A DNA stretch of 63,905 nucleotides from a virus (taxonomy: Duplodnaviria > Caudoviricetes): positions 1 to 63,905 of IMG/VR virus record IMGVR_UViG_3300037245_001426; one strand, given 5' to 3'. The first letter of the stretch is position 1; each line of letters opens with the position of its first letter. Shown piece by piece: positions 37,651 to 47,585 of this stretch. The notes beneath the pieces were generated by a model that worked only from the letters and a program-made list of their open reading frames with translations, searched no databases and had not been told where the DNA came from. The translations under genes and the position numbers were made by a program.

Positions 37651-40565
37651 GTTTTTGTCCCTTCCGCTGTTTGAGTGAAGGTTACAGTGGAAGACGCAGT
37701 AGTATCGTACCCAGCATGCCCTTCCAACTCAATCGTGACTGTGTTCATACAAAGCGCCCCATCACGCACGACTGGGTTATTGGGTGATACTATTACGCCC
37801 ACCCAGTTCCTACCTTCCCAGTCCCGCAGTGTTACTTGCTTACCTAAAGTTGTTTTGATAAACGATCTGACCTGATTGGTTTCAGTTTCCGTCAGCCCAA
37901 CAAAGTCCATAACCAAATGGTCATTCTTTGGCCAAATCGGATCGGCGAAGACGATTAAGGTGCCACCGCGGGTCTCTCGATTTATTCTTTGGAAATGCAT
38001 CCGCTCGCGGTTACCGAATTCTGCGCCTCGCAATGTTAGAGTATGCGTAACAGAAGTTAATGGGTATGCGAACTGCACATTATCGTAGTGCGGCAATTCT
38101 GGCACTACACGCCCTTGTGCGTTGCACAATTCTCCTACGCGTGTGAGCGTATGGTAAGCACTCTGCCGAAATTCAACAGTGTTTGACGCGGTCCTAGTCG
38201 TAATAGATTCAAGATCAACAACCTGTGTGAATGTTACCACCGATTTTGTGGGCTTACAAAGGTCAGCAATGGCAGTTTGTGTGAATGTCACAACTGATCC
38301 ACCGCCATGAGTTACTTGCGCTTCCTGGGTGAAGGTTATCGTATTCTCGGCCACCTTACTAATACCGTCCGCTGCTCTAATATGTACGACGCGCGCATTC
38401 TGCTCAAAATTGATTCTAGAATCAGGCGGCGCTTGTCCAGCGATCTGAGTGAGCCCGACAGTTTGCTGAAAACCAGTAGGCTCCAGTGTGACGTTACTAT
38501 CCTCTGGCACGGTCCAAATTATTTCTGCGAGATCAGACTCAGCAAAAACGGATATTGGACTATACCGTATACCCTGTAAAAACTCGAGTAGCGACGAGGC
38601 AACTACTGATCGTGGGAATATAGCCAATATACTCTGCGTGAACTCCAGTGACGATTCTGCCCTTGCTACTTTGAATGGTACACCTTGAGTAGCTTCCTGC
38701 GTGAAGTCAAGAGCATGCGTAACAGCACGCGAGTATATAGTAGTTCCATTTAGAGTGGCGTCAGCCTCAACTAAGAAATTTAAGGGACTCGACGCCGCAA
38801 TAGGCTCCGTACCGGCACGAACTATCAATTGAGAAAATATGACAGTGTTTAAGGCTTCAGCCGATAAGGTGTCAGGTATCCTAGCTTCCTGGGTGAACGC
38901 GATGGCATTAGACGTTGTGAGGTACATCGGCATTTGTATAACAGTCGCAGTTTGACTGAATGTTACCGTACTGGTAACTGGATAATTTGATTGTATAATA
39001 AGTGGCGCGGCAGTCTGAGTGAACGTTACTGTATTCTCAGCGATCTCTTCCTGTATTGCCCCACGCAATGCCTCTTGGCCAAACGTAACTGTCGACTCCG
39101 CCGTTTCGGTATGTGTTTGCGGTCCTAGACGACTGGTAACGCTAGTCGTGCATACTCCTGTAGGTATTGAGTCAATACCGCCAATGTACTCGCTGGTTTT
39201 TAATGTAGACGTAAATTGGCCACTCTGGAGATACAATTTGTCATCCGTTGAGCCCACCCAAGGTGTGCTAATTCCATTCCATGATACGCCTTGAGCCGCA
39301 GTATCGACACCTGATACATCTTGGCTAGTTTTAATAGTAGATGTAAATTGGCCGCTCTGAAAATACAATTTAGCTGGGCTGGCGCCTGACCATGGCGTAT
39401 CTGTGCTATCTGATGACACGTCCGTAACAGTGCCATTTATAGTGTTTACATACAGGCTAGTTTTTAGAGTGGACGTAAATTGTCCGCTCTGAAGATACAA
39501 TCTATCCCCATTGAGTCCTGCCCAAGGAGTATCCTGCCCGTCCCATGAGATGCCAAATGGTAGTGTATCTATGGCGCCAATAGATTCGCTGGTTTTCAGA
39601 GTGGACGTAAATTGACCGCTCTGAAGATAAAGTTTGTTAGCTGCATCACCTATCCAAGGAGTGTTTGTTCCATCCCACGAGATGCCCCAAACAAGGGTGT
39701 CAATGCCGCCCACGTGCTCGCTGGTTTTCAGGGTGGACGTAAATTCACCACTCTGAAGATATAGTTTGTCAGCGAATTCGCCACACCAAGGCGTGTCTCC
39801 TTCGACTACCCCTGTTCCGCCTTCCGAAGCCGCCTCTTGGACAAACGTAACTGTTGACTCGGCCGTCTCTGTGTGTACTTGCGGCCCTAGTCCTAGACGA
39901 CTGACAACGTTAGTCGTACATACTCCTATAGGTACTAAATCAATACCGCCAATGTACTCGCTGGTTTTAATAGTGGCTGTAAATTGGCCGCTCTGAAGAT
40001 ACAATTTGTCAGCGCCTGACCCGATCCAAGGAGTGTCGGTTCCGTTCCATGATATACCTTGAGGCGCATTATCGACGCCCGATACATCCTGGCTAGTTTT
40101 AATAGTAGATGTAAATTGGCCGCTCTGAAGATACAATCTATCAGGTGTCCCGCCTGACCACGGTGTATCTGTGCCGTCTGATGACACGTCAGTATTTTGG
40201 CCACCCGTAGACTTACTAGTTTTTAGAGTGGACGTAAATTGACCGCTCTGAAGATACAATTTATCTGCAGCGAGTCCTGCCCAAGGAGTATTCTGTCCGT
40301 CCCATGAGATACCAAATGGTGTACCGTCTATTATGGCAACAGACTCGCTAGTCTTCAAGGTGGACGTAAATTGGCCACTCTGAAGATAAAGTTTGTTAGA
40401 CTGGTCACCTATCCAAGGAGTATTCTGTCCGTCCCACGAGATACCATAAATAAAGAAGTCAATGCCGCCTACATACTGGCTAGTTTTCAGAGTGGACGTA
40501 AATTCGCCACTCTGAAGATAGAGTTTGTCAGCTTGTTCGCCAGCCCAAGGTGTATGTTCTGCCAT
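37647..40565 (-). CDS. repeat-rich tail protein: two 5-repeat modules, TFxQ stalk, distal-tail-like domain
   Basis: Ten TPW.G...KLY.QSG.FT.T.KTS repeats; AESTVTF.Q repeats. Confidence 0.75.
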   Translation of the reverse strand: MAEHTPWAGEQADKLYLQSGEFTSTLKTSQYVGGIDFFIYGISWDGQNTPWIGDQSNKLYLQSGQFTSTLKTSESVAIIDGTPFGISWDGQNTPWAGLAADKLYLQSGQFTSTLKTSKSTGGQNTDVSSDGTDTPWSGGTPDRLYLQSGQFTSTIKTSQDVSGVDNAPQGISWNGTDTPWIGSGADKLYLQSGQFTATIKTSEYIGGIDLVPIGVCTTNVVSRLGLGPQVHTETAESTVTFVQEAASEGGTGVVEGDTPWCGEFADKLYLQSGEFTSTLKTSEHVGGIDTLVWGISWDGTNTPWIGDAANKLYLQSGQFTSTLKTSESIGAIDTLPFGISWDGQDTPWAGLNGDRLYLQSGQFTSTLKTSLYVNTINGTVTDVSSDSTDTPWSGASPAKLYFQSGQFTSTIKTSQDVSGVDTAAQGVSWNGISTPWVGSTDDKLYLQSGQFTSTLKTSEYIGGIDSIPTGVCTTSVTSRLGPQTHTETAESTVTFGQEALRGAIQEEIAENTVTFTQTAAPLIIQSNYPVTSTVTFSQTATVIQMPMYLTTSNAIAFTQEARIPDTLSAEALNTVIFSQLIVRAGTEPIAASSPLNFLVEADATLNGTTIYSRAVTHALDFTQEATQGVPFKVARAESSLEFTQSILAIFPRSVVASSLLEFLQGIRYSPISVFAESDLAEIIWTVPEDSNVTLEPTGFQQTVGLTQIAGQAPPDSRINFEQNARVVHIRAADGISKVAENTITFTQEAQVTHGGGSVVTFTQTAIADLCKPTKSVVTFTQVVDLESITTRTASNTVEFRQSAYHTLTRVGELCNAQGRVVPELPHYDNVQFAYPLTSVTHTLTLRGAEFGNRERMHFQRINRETRGGTLIVFADPIWPKNDHLVMDFVGLTETETNQVRSFIKTTLGKQVTLRDWEGRNWVGVIVSPNNPVVRDGALCMNTVTIELEGHAGYDTTASSTVTFTQTAEGTKT

Positions 40566-40620
40566 GATTCTAAAATCAGGTTACATGAGGAGTCCATTCC
40601 TCACGCACCTGCTCAGGGGT

Positions 40621-41172
40621 TTAGGTGCTTACGGTGTACGTGACCTTCAATTGATCGCTGGTCGCAACAACGACGTCGCCGCCAGTGAAGAGGGCCGTGG
40701 CCCACAGTTTTCCATCGTTGGCGTGGTCGCCCTTTAGGTCAGCATTAGCGCCAAGACCAACGGCAAAGATACCCTTGACAGTACCGCCAGGCGCTACGAT
40801 ATCGTAGATTGCCTGTGTGCCGTTGGTGATCGACTTAGCGGACGCAGCATTTTCTATGAACTCAGGACGCGTAGTAGTACTATCAGTGTTGTTGGCGTCA
40901 GTGTAGTCCTGATATTCGTCCCAGCCGTTACCGGCTTGGTCAATGTCATCGTATGTGTCACCCTCGGCAAGCGCCACGTAACTATCATTATCAATCAGTC
41001 CGAGCCACCACGTAGGCGCAGCCGTCGTACCGTGAAAGTACACGTCCAAATTGAAGTTCTTACCCTCGATTGTGACACCATTTTGCAACTCGTGAGTTGC
41101 AATATGCTTTCCATCCCTCCAGTGCTCAACAACAAATCGACCCGTAAACTGAAGGTTACTACCTGGCTCCAT
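40621..41172 (-). CDS. minor tail protein
   Basis: N.VT..G.N..L, W.LGL, D.L.VTY pattern; follows the TMP. Confidence 0.65.
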   Translation of the reverse strand: MEPGSNLQFTGRFVVEHWRDGKHIATHELQNGVTIEGKNFNLDVYFHGTTAAPTWWLGLIDNDSYVALAEGDTYDDIDQAGNGWDEYQDYTDANNTDSTTTRPEFIENAASAKSITNGTQAIYDIVAPGGTVKGIFAVGLGANADLKGDHANDGKLWATALFTGGDVVVATSDQLKVTYTVST

Positions 41173-41184
41173 TAGATTACCTTT

Positions 41185-44100
41185 CTAGAAAGATGATGTT
41201 TTACGCCGCATTTCACGTCTGAAAGCGGTCATTACTTCCCGCGCAGTCTGTTGCGGTGTGGGTGCACCCTGCACACTAATGTTCACATCGCCAACTGAAA
41301 CAGTTCCACCAGCATCACGATATACTGGCGTAACGCCAGCGTTCATTGCTTGAATTTGCGAAGCGAACTGCCTTGTGGAGTCCGACGTATTTACAGATTC
41401 TCCCCTAGATAGCATAGCTGCAATTCTATCCGTGCCGCGCGGAGTAAAACCTCCGCCAGCTAAGTACAACGCACCGTGCGCCACGGTCTGAGCGCTACCT
41501 GCAGAGCCAAGACGTACTAGTGCCAACGCATTCGCGGCACGAATCGCATTTTGTGTTATGCTGCTTAGGTTGTCGTTAATCGACGTAGTCGCGGAGTCAG
41601 TTTGAGTCCCTGACTCTTGTGCAGCTTCACCGACATCGCGTATTCTCTGATTGGCTTCCATACCTTCAGTTGAAATTTGGATTTGTGAAAACTTGGTTAG
41701 CGCTTCCTGGAGTCTTATGGCTGCGTCGGACACCACTGACGCAGATTTAATGTCACCCGCTCTCTTAAACGCTGCTGCCATAGCTTCTAGTTTCTTAATA
41801 CCCTCTTCAGCGGCCGGTCCTCCTAAGGCTCCGGCAACTGTCGGTAAGTCCTGGATCAATTTAGCTGTACTATCAGATATCTCTTTGAATCTATTTAACA
41901 TCCGCACAGCGGCGTCTGTATCACTGTCTAAGGCAGTTTCTAAGTCAACCATGTCACCGAGAATATCAACGTATACCGAGCGCACTTCAGATGCCAGAAC
42001 TCTATTTTTCTCTAATTGCTCATTAGCGGCTTCCAAGATGGCAGGCTGCTGTGTCAACGCTGCTGCCACGTCCGCAGCACCTTTGACTTCAAACGCAATC
42101 TCTAACTTAGTCAGACGCGCGGCATCAATCTTATTTAATTCTAGATTCAATGCGCTAACAATGGCTTCAGCCTCAAAAGTAATAATCTCAGAGAGATTCA
42201 TCTCTTGGCCAGTAATACCTTCACGCACGGCTTTTAGGGCCGCATCGAGTTGGTCCTCAAGACCAAGTTCAGCGGCTACATCAGCACCTTTAGCTATCTG
42301 AGCCTGTACTTGCTCAATCTCTTTAGTGATGCTAAGTCGTTTTGCTAGCGTCTCTTGGATCTCTTTCTCGGACTTACCGCCCTTCTTGATTTCAATCTCA
42401 GTCTGCTTCAGCTTATCTATCAGTTGACCAAGCTGATTGGATTGCGCGAGCAGTGCCGGAAGCTGTTCCTCAGCTAATTTCTTACGAGCTTCCTCCTGCT
42501 TTGCCATAGCGAAATTCAAGGTCTGCTGCTGCCCCATTGACAGCAAAACTTCATGCTCGGCTTTAATTATACTCGCTCTATTCTTAGTATTATCAGCGAT
42601 CTGCAATCCTTGCGTAGCGTAATCTTGGGATTGCTGGGCCAAGGATTCTGCAAGTTCGTTTTCTCCTCTACGGATAGCGGCAGTGCTTTGTTTTCGTAGA
42701 TCTTGTGCCTTATTGATCAGGGCGTAGATTTTTTGGACGTCATTCAAGTCTCTAAGACCGCGACCGAATTGGAAGTCTTCAATGTTGCGAGCGACTTCCT
42801 GTGAGGACTCATCCAATTTTTTGAGTCTAGAATCAAGAGTGTCCGCAAGATTGATTATACTGCCAACGTAAGACTGTAAAGCGCTGGCACGATTACTAAG
42901 CTGATTATTAAGTGATTCTGTTGCACGCTGCTCAAGATCTGAAGCTTTTTCAGTAGCTATTTCCTGCAGTTTGACAATGCCAGTCAACCATCTCTGAGTT
43001 TCAGAAATAATTTTGTTGTTGTTCTTCTGTCTGGCCTTGAACGCCTTATCCTGCGCCCTAAGCTGTGCTGACAATTCCTTTTCACGGAATTCTTTCAGCA
43101 GATCAAGAGTCTTGTTAGCTTCCGCCTGTGTTTCGCTAAAATAGCCTATGATCAGTGCTGTAGCTGCACCTACGGCAATAGCTATTCCTGCCGGACCAAG
43201 AGCCAAAGCCTTCATCGATGATAACAGACCCACTGTTGCCGCTCTGGCGGCAGCCATACCTGTTACGGTGGACGTGGCCGCAGCGATAGCATGTGCTCGC
43301 ATCAGTAGGAAGGCTACTCCGGCGGCTCCGGCAGCTATTGCTAAGCTGTTAATTGTCTTAACAGCGCCGCCAAAGAATTGAAATATACTAGCGAGCAAGT
43401 CATTTAGCCCGGTCCCAAAATTCACGATAGTGTTGACGTGCAAAGCATTAAGTTCCTTCTCAACTTGCTTAGCATTAGTTTGCATAATGATTTCAACCTT
43501 TTGGTCGAGCAACTCTGTGGTCGTAGCGTTAATCTTCTCCAGATTTTCTCGGTAACGCTCGGCGGCTTTACCAGTGAGACCCAGAGCACCAGCAGTAGCA
43601 CGTACCCGCCCGAACAGTTGAGCGAACTCAGTTACCGAACCGTCCGTAGTCTCACGTAACTTCTCAAGAAAACCTTGGAAGCCAAATGCTTGAATACCAG
43701 CCTCTGCTGATACTATTCCGAGTTCTCGGAACGCTTCCTTCATTGCGTCCGTAGGCTTGATCAATTTTAGCATCACTTGAGTCAATCGCGTCTGGGCATC
43801 GGACGCTTTCTGTCCTTGGATAGTCATAGTAGCGATTGATGTTAAAACTTCCTCGTAGCTTACGCCTAGCTGCGCTGCAATGACTGTCGTTCGGCCGAGA
43901 GTATTAGCCAGTTCTGCGGCCCGAACACGCCCTAGCTCGACAGTACGGAACAGCTTGGCCGAGATTTCCTCTGCCCTAGCTGCCGACATACCATACGAGT
44001 TCATGACCCCGGTGGTTACGGCAACCGCGTCATTGAGTGAAGTGACGGCAGCGATAGATAACTTACTGGCGGATTCCAAAGCTAGTGTACTTTCTACCGC

Positions 44101-44679
44101 GCCACCTACCTGATTCGAGTACAATTGGTACTGCGCTTCAGCGACAACGTCAAGTGGTGCGCCGATGGCTTCAGCCACACCGCGAGCTTGCTCAGCAAGC
44201 TGCTCGAAAGTTAGACCTAGTGGACCTGCGATCGTCTCGACTTCCGCAATGGCGATGCCAAAGGCGCGAGCTTCCTCAACTGACTCACTGAGAAGGGAAG
44301 TTAATTTTGAAATCGCTCCGTGCAAAGCCTGAATCGTGAAGATCCTGGCCATACTTTTCCATGTAAGCGTTAGGCTTTGTGATGCCTTCTTGGCGTCCGC
44401 GTCTAGGGTCCTGAGTGCTTGCGAGACCGGGTGTGACGGTGGTAGTTTTGAAGCGGTCTTACCAAAGTCATTCATAGACTGCGAGACAAGACTCATATTG
44501 GCGGCGTTCTTCTTTAAGCCAGCGTCAGTTTGTTTAGCTACCCGATTATAATTTATGATAGAACCAGTGGCGATATCGACGCCTGCGGCGTACGATGTCG
44601 TGGCTTGTTCCAATCTCGATAGGGTACTAATCGCCTGACTAGCATCAAAACCTAAGACTGTATGGTGAGCGTCAGCCAT
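41185..44679 (-). CDS. tail tape measure protein
   Basis: 1164 aa, Ala-rich helical, TP901-like core, C-terminal PRGTD...AMLS.GE.V. Confidence 0.9.
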   Translation of the reverse strand: MADAHHTVLGFDASQAISTLSRLEQATTSYAAGVDIATGSIINYNRVAKQTDAGLKKNAANMSLVSQSMNDFGKTASKLPPSHPVSQALRTLDADAKKASQSLTLTWKSMARIFTIQALHGAISKLTSLLSESVEEARAFGIAIAEVETIAGPLGLTFEQLAEQARGVAEAIGAPLDVVAEAQYQLYSNQVGGAVESTLALESASKLSIAAVTSLNDAVAVTTGVMNSYGMSAARAEEISAKLFRTVELGRVRAAELANTLGRTTVIAAQLGVSYEEVLTSIATMTIQGQKASDAQTRLTQVMLKLIKPTDAMKEAFRELGIVSAEAGIQAFGFQGFLEKLRETTDGSVTEFAQLFGRVRATAGALGLTGKAAERYRENLEKINATTTELLDQKVEIIMQTNAKQVEKELNALHVNTIVNFGTGLNDLLASIFQFFGGAVKTINSLAIAAGAAGVAFLLMRAHAIAAATSTVTGMAAARAATVGLLSSMKALALGPAGIAIAVGAATALIIGYFSETQAEANKTLDLLKEFREKELSAQLRAQDKAFKARQKNNNKIISETQRWLTGIVKLQEIATEKASDLEQRATESLNNQLSNRASALQSYVGSIINLADTLDSRLKKLDESSQEVARNIEDFQFGRGLRDLNDVQKIYALINKAQDLRKQSTAAIRRGENELAESLAQQSQDYATQGLQIADNTKNRASIIKAEHEVLLSMGQQQTLNFAMAKQEEARKKLAEEQLPALLAQSNQLGQLIDKLKQTEIEIKKGGKSEKEIQETLAKRLSITKEIEQVQAQIAKGADVAAELGLEDQLDAALKAVREGITGQEMNLSEIITFEAEAIVSALNLELNKIDAARLTKLEIAFEVKGAADVAAALTQQPAILEAANEQLEKNRVLASEVRSVYVDILGDMVDLETALDSDTDAAVRMLNRFKEISDSTAKLIQDLPTVAGALGGPAAEEGIKKLEAMAAAFKRAGDIKSASVVSDAAIRLQEALTKFSQIQISTEGMEANQRIRDVGEAAQESGTQTDSATTSINDNLSSITQNAIRAANALALVRLGSAGSAQTVAHGALYLAGGGFTPRGTDRIAAMLSRGESVNTSDSTRQFASQIQAMNAGVTPVYRDAGGTVSVGDVNISVQGAPTPQQTAREVMTAFRREMRRKTSSF

Positions 44680-44680
44680 G

Positions 44681-45157
44681 TTACACCTTCCTTACAAAGG
44701 GTTTGAACACCGGGACTGGTAATGACACTGTCGCCGCACACGCAAGAAACGCGGCTGATGCGAACTCTAATGCACGCCACGGGGCTGTTTTGCTGCCGCC
44801 CTTTGACACTCTTTCGTATTCTTGGATGTTCCAGTGTTCTACGTCAGTAATAATTTCTATCTGGTAGAGATCTGGTCGTATTGTTTGTTCGGCTGTGCCG
44901 AGTTGAGCACCTTCTGATACCCTACTGGGCGCTTTTAATGGTGAAATCACAATCTGGCTGTTCACCAATTGACTGACTTCCATTAAGGAAGCACGCGCCA
45001 TTCCGGACCATAGGGGAACCCGGCCACCAGGCCCCGCAATCTCTTGAATCCAAGCGTCTGTACAGCGATGTAACTCGCTTACTAGATGCTCTTCCAGAGC
45101 TTTGAGAGTATCCTGGTGGTCGAGCGTCAACCCTATGAACGATCCGGTGAACTTCAT
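44681..45157 (-). CDS. putative neck/tail-completion protein (HK97 gp10-like)
   Basis: VPLWSG.AR.S motif. Confidence 0.5.
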   Translation of the reverse strand: MKFTGSFIGLTLDHQDTLKALEEHLVSELHRCTDAWIQEIAGPGGRVPLWSGMARASLMEVSQLVNSQIVISPLKAPSRVSEGAQLGTAEQTIRPDLYQIEIITDVEHWNIQEYERVSKGGSKTAPWRALEFASAAFLACAATVSLPVPVFKPFVRKV

Positions 45158-45809
45158 AACATTGGGCAGCCAATATGTTCTACTTCACGTATCTGCGAGT
45201 AAGCTAACATTTCTGCTTGAGCAACAACATTATTGTCATCCCAGGAAGTTGGTTTTACGCCTGGAGGCATTACCCCAAAACGATCGCATGCTTTCCAAAT
45301 GGCGTACAATGCAGTTCGTCCTTTCGGTAGAATTAGACGACGTGTGCTTCCTGGGCTGCTAGTAAAAAACGTTGCCTCGCTGCTTCAATCTTAGCTTCAT
45401 CCAACGCGTTCACATTGATTACGTCGGCAACAATCCGCTGAATTTCAATCGGACTAAAGCCTGCGGACTTCAATTCAGTGTTAAAATTATCCCACGTATT
45501 GGAATCCGAGAGGTCAACGGTCTCCCACTCCAGTCCTTCCGTGGCTTCCAACGACGCCAGCACAATATAATTCAGACGCATGACTGACCGACGTTGAAGC
45601 GATGCCACATATCCTTGATCCTTCAAGTTGGGCACATCCGCGCCTCCAGCCATCCGGCGGGAAGGCGGCGTGGGGAGAGGACACATCTCCTCGAAATCAT
45701 CCAAATCCAACACGGCACGGGCTTTAAGAACAATGTCCTCGCCCGATCCGCGCGGGATCACAATCGTAACTTCGTTAGGACCTTCAATTTTCTTACCGTT
45801 GAGTTTCAT
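45154..45809 (-). CDS. tail assembly chaperone, -1 frameshifted long form
   Basis: Slippery T TTT TTA at 45369-45363; -1 frame open to a TGA overlapping the next ATG. Confidence 0.8.
45333..45809 (-). CDS. tail assembly chaperone
   Basis: Between tail tube and TMP; slippery site near the 3' end. Confidence 0.8.
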   Translation of the reverse strand: MKLNGKKIEGPNEVTIVIPRGSGEDIVLKARAVLDLDDFEEMCPLPTPPSRRMAGGADVPNLKDQGYVASLQRRSVMRLNYIVLASLEATEGLEWETVDLSDSNTWDNFNTELKSAGFSPIEIQRIVADVINVNALDEAKIEAARQRFLLAAQEAHVV

Positions 45810-45813
45810 TTAC

Positions 45814-47535
45814 TCAGGCTCCGCGGGTTTCAACAGCACCAGTAACGTTGCACTGTCCAGACGCCGAGACTTGTGAGTCACGCAGATTGTGCTCAAGAGT
45901 GTTCGGCCGGAATTGCTGCAACACGATTAGCTCAGTATTGTCGCCACCACAACCTGGGTCGTAGTTGACTTCAATATCAACACAGTACGGCTCGCAAGGA
46001 TCAGACGAAGAAGTCTCCCAATCAGAAGCCTCGCCAGTCTGCTTGAGAGCTTCCTTGATCGTCGGCGTACCAGAAGCACTGACCGCGCTCAAGAATTCCC
46101 AAGTAAACTCGAAAGACACATCCATCGGCTCTTGGTCCGCCAGACGCACAGTGTCCAGCAGACCTCGATCGAGGATGTAATCATGCGGCGTGTTCTCAGT
46201 GAAAGTCAAGTTACCTTCGCCGATTTTGATTTCCAACTTACGCCCGTTAAACGTAACCGAACCACTAACGGCCGTGGCTACGGCAAGTACAGGACTAACC
46301 GTGATCTGCGAACTACCAGTAGCAGTCACACCTTTGACAGACTCCCAAGTAGAAACAGTCGCAGCACTGCCACCAGTAAGGCTCGCGCCAGTTCCGGTCA
46401 TCGCAGCGACGTCAGTAGCAGCAAGGGTGCCGCCAAATTCTACGATCCAATCCTTTTTCGGACCCTGACCTCCAGTCACCGTCAAATCACCTGGGGTGAT
46501 ATTACTCAACGCCTCAAGAGCCGCTTTAACCTGCGCAGCCGTGGCATCCGGCGCGATACCGGGAGACGTAGTCTGCCCAGAGTAAGTCAACGTGAACGTA
46601 CCGCCAGTGACGCTGCTATTGATGCGCACCGTCTGGATTTCGTCCACGGGCGCAATACCTGGATCCGTCTCAGTGATAGCCAGCGCAGGCCCAGTGCCAC
46701 CACTGAAGTTATCGACATTAGTCATCATCGTGACATCTTGCTCGCCGAGCGTACCACTGAAGGTAACAGTGACCGCTGAACCTGGCCAAGGACCGCCAGC
46801 GCATGTGGCCTCATCTTGCGGAATGGAATCCATCGCCTCAAGATAAAGCTCAATCTCCGCAGCCGTGGAGTCGTGCGGTATCTCTTCGGTTGAGTCGCCG
46901 CCGTAACTAATTACCGAGCCACCACCAGTTGGCGTACCTGTGACCGTAAGAGTCTGCTCCTCGTTGACGGCCGCCACGCCTGTGGTCGTCTCAGTGACGT
47001 CTACATCAGTGAGATCACCGCCAGTAAGGAGAGTACCGTCGCCAGTAATGAGTGCAACATCAGTCGCAGCAAACGTACTGATGAACGTGACAGTCCACTC
47101 AGGACTCGCACCTGCGACCGTAACCTTACCGGTTCCGATCGTGCTGAGGGCCTCAAGCGATGCTTGAACCGTCGCAGCGCTGGCGCCGTAGGCAATGGTG
47201 CCGGTGTCTTCACCGCCGAATTGCAGATTGAAAGTTCCTCCGCTCGTAGCGTCATCAATCTGGATGATCTGCTCCTCATTCGTTCCACCGCTATCGACCT
47301 TGGCCGAAACAGTGTACTCAGTGTCATCACTTCCAAATTTGACTGTAGCACCAACTGGCACAACATCGTCCATATTACTGATGGCGATGATCGATTCGCC
47401 AACCGGCTCCACAGAACCTGTAGTAGGCGTGTTCGTGCCATTATCGAAACCGTCGCGGATGTAAAGATCCGCCTGCTTCAAGTCAATCGGAGCGAAGCAC
47501 AGAAGCTGTGGCTCTGACCTGAGAAAACTATTCAT
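45814..47535 (-). CDS. major tail tube protein with inserted surface domains
   Basis: Start MNSFLRS after GGAG; three (N/D)E.Q...GG....G..T..I...AA....LEA repeats; upstream of the chaperone. Confidence 0.75.
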   Translation of the reverse strand: MNSFLRSEPQLLCFAPIDLKQADLYIRDGFDNGTNTPTTGSVEPVGESIIAISNMDDVVPVGATVKFGSDDTEYTVSAKVDSGGTNEEQIIQIDDATSGGTFNLQFGGEDTGTIAYGASAATVQASLEALSTIGTGKVTVAGASPEWTVTFISTFAATDVALITGDGTLLTGGDLTDVDVTETTTGVAAVNEEQTLTVTGTPTGGGSVISYGGDSTEEIPHDSTAAEIELYLEAMDSIPQDEATCAGGPWPGSAVTVTFSGTLGEQDVTMMTNVDNFSGGTGPALAITETDPGIAPVDEIQTVRINSSVTGGTFTLTYSGQTTSPGIAPDATAAQVKAALEALSNITPGDLTVTGGQGPKKDWIVEFGGTLAATDVAAMTGTGASLTGGSAATVSTWESVKGVTATGSSQITVSPVLAVATAVSGSVTFNGRKLEIKIGEGNLTFTENTPHDYILDRGLLDTVRLADQEPMDVSFEFTWEFLSAVSASGTPTIKEALKQTGEASDWETSSSDPCEPYCVDIEVNYDPGCGGDNTELIVLQQFRPNTLEHNLRDSQVSASGQCNVTGAVETRGA

Positions 47536-47585
47536 CTTGATCTCCGGAGTTGAATTACCTAGGATTGCTGAGAGTTTACCCGCCC

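Noticed and set aside
39180-40560. Regularly spaced ~30-bp DNA repeats resembling a CRISPR array
   Set aside because: They are in-frame codons of a protein repeat with synonymous variation; the intervening segments are homologous and no cas operon is present.
1794-41187. Genome-wide stop-codon reassignment
   Set aside because: Long genes are uninterrupted in the standard code, TAG and TGA end many coupled genes, and no suppressor tRNA was seen.
41173-41187. In-frame readthrough from the tape measure gene into 40621-41172
   Set aside because: The downstream gene has its own SD-like AAAGGT and ATG, and being in frame is a one-in-three chance.
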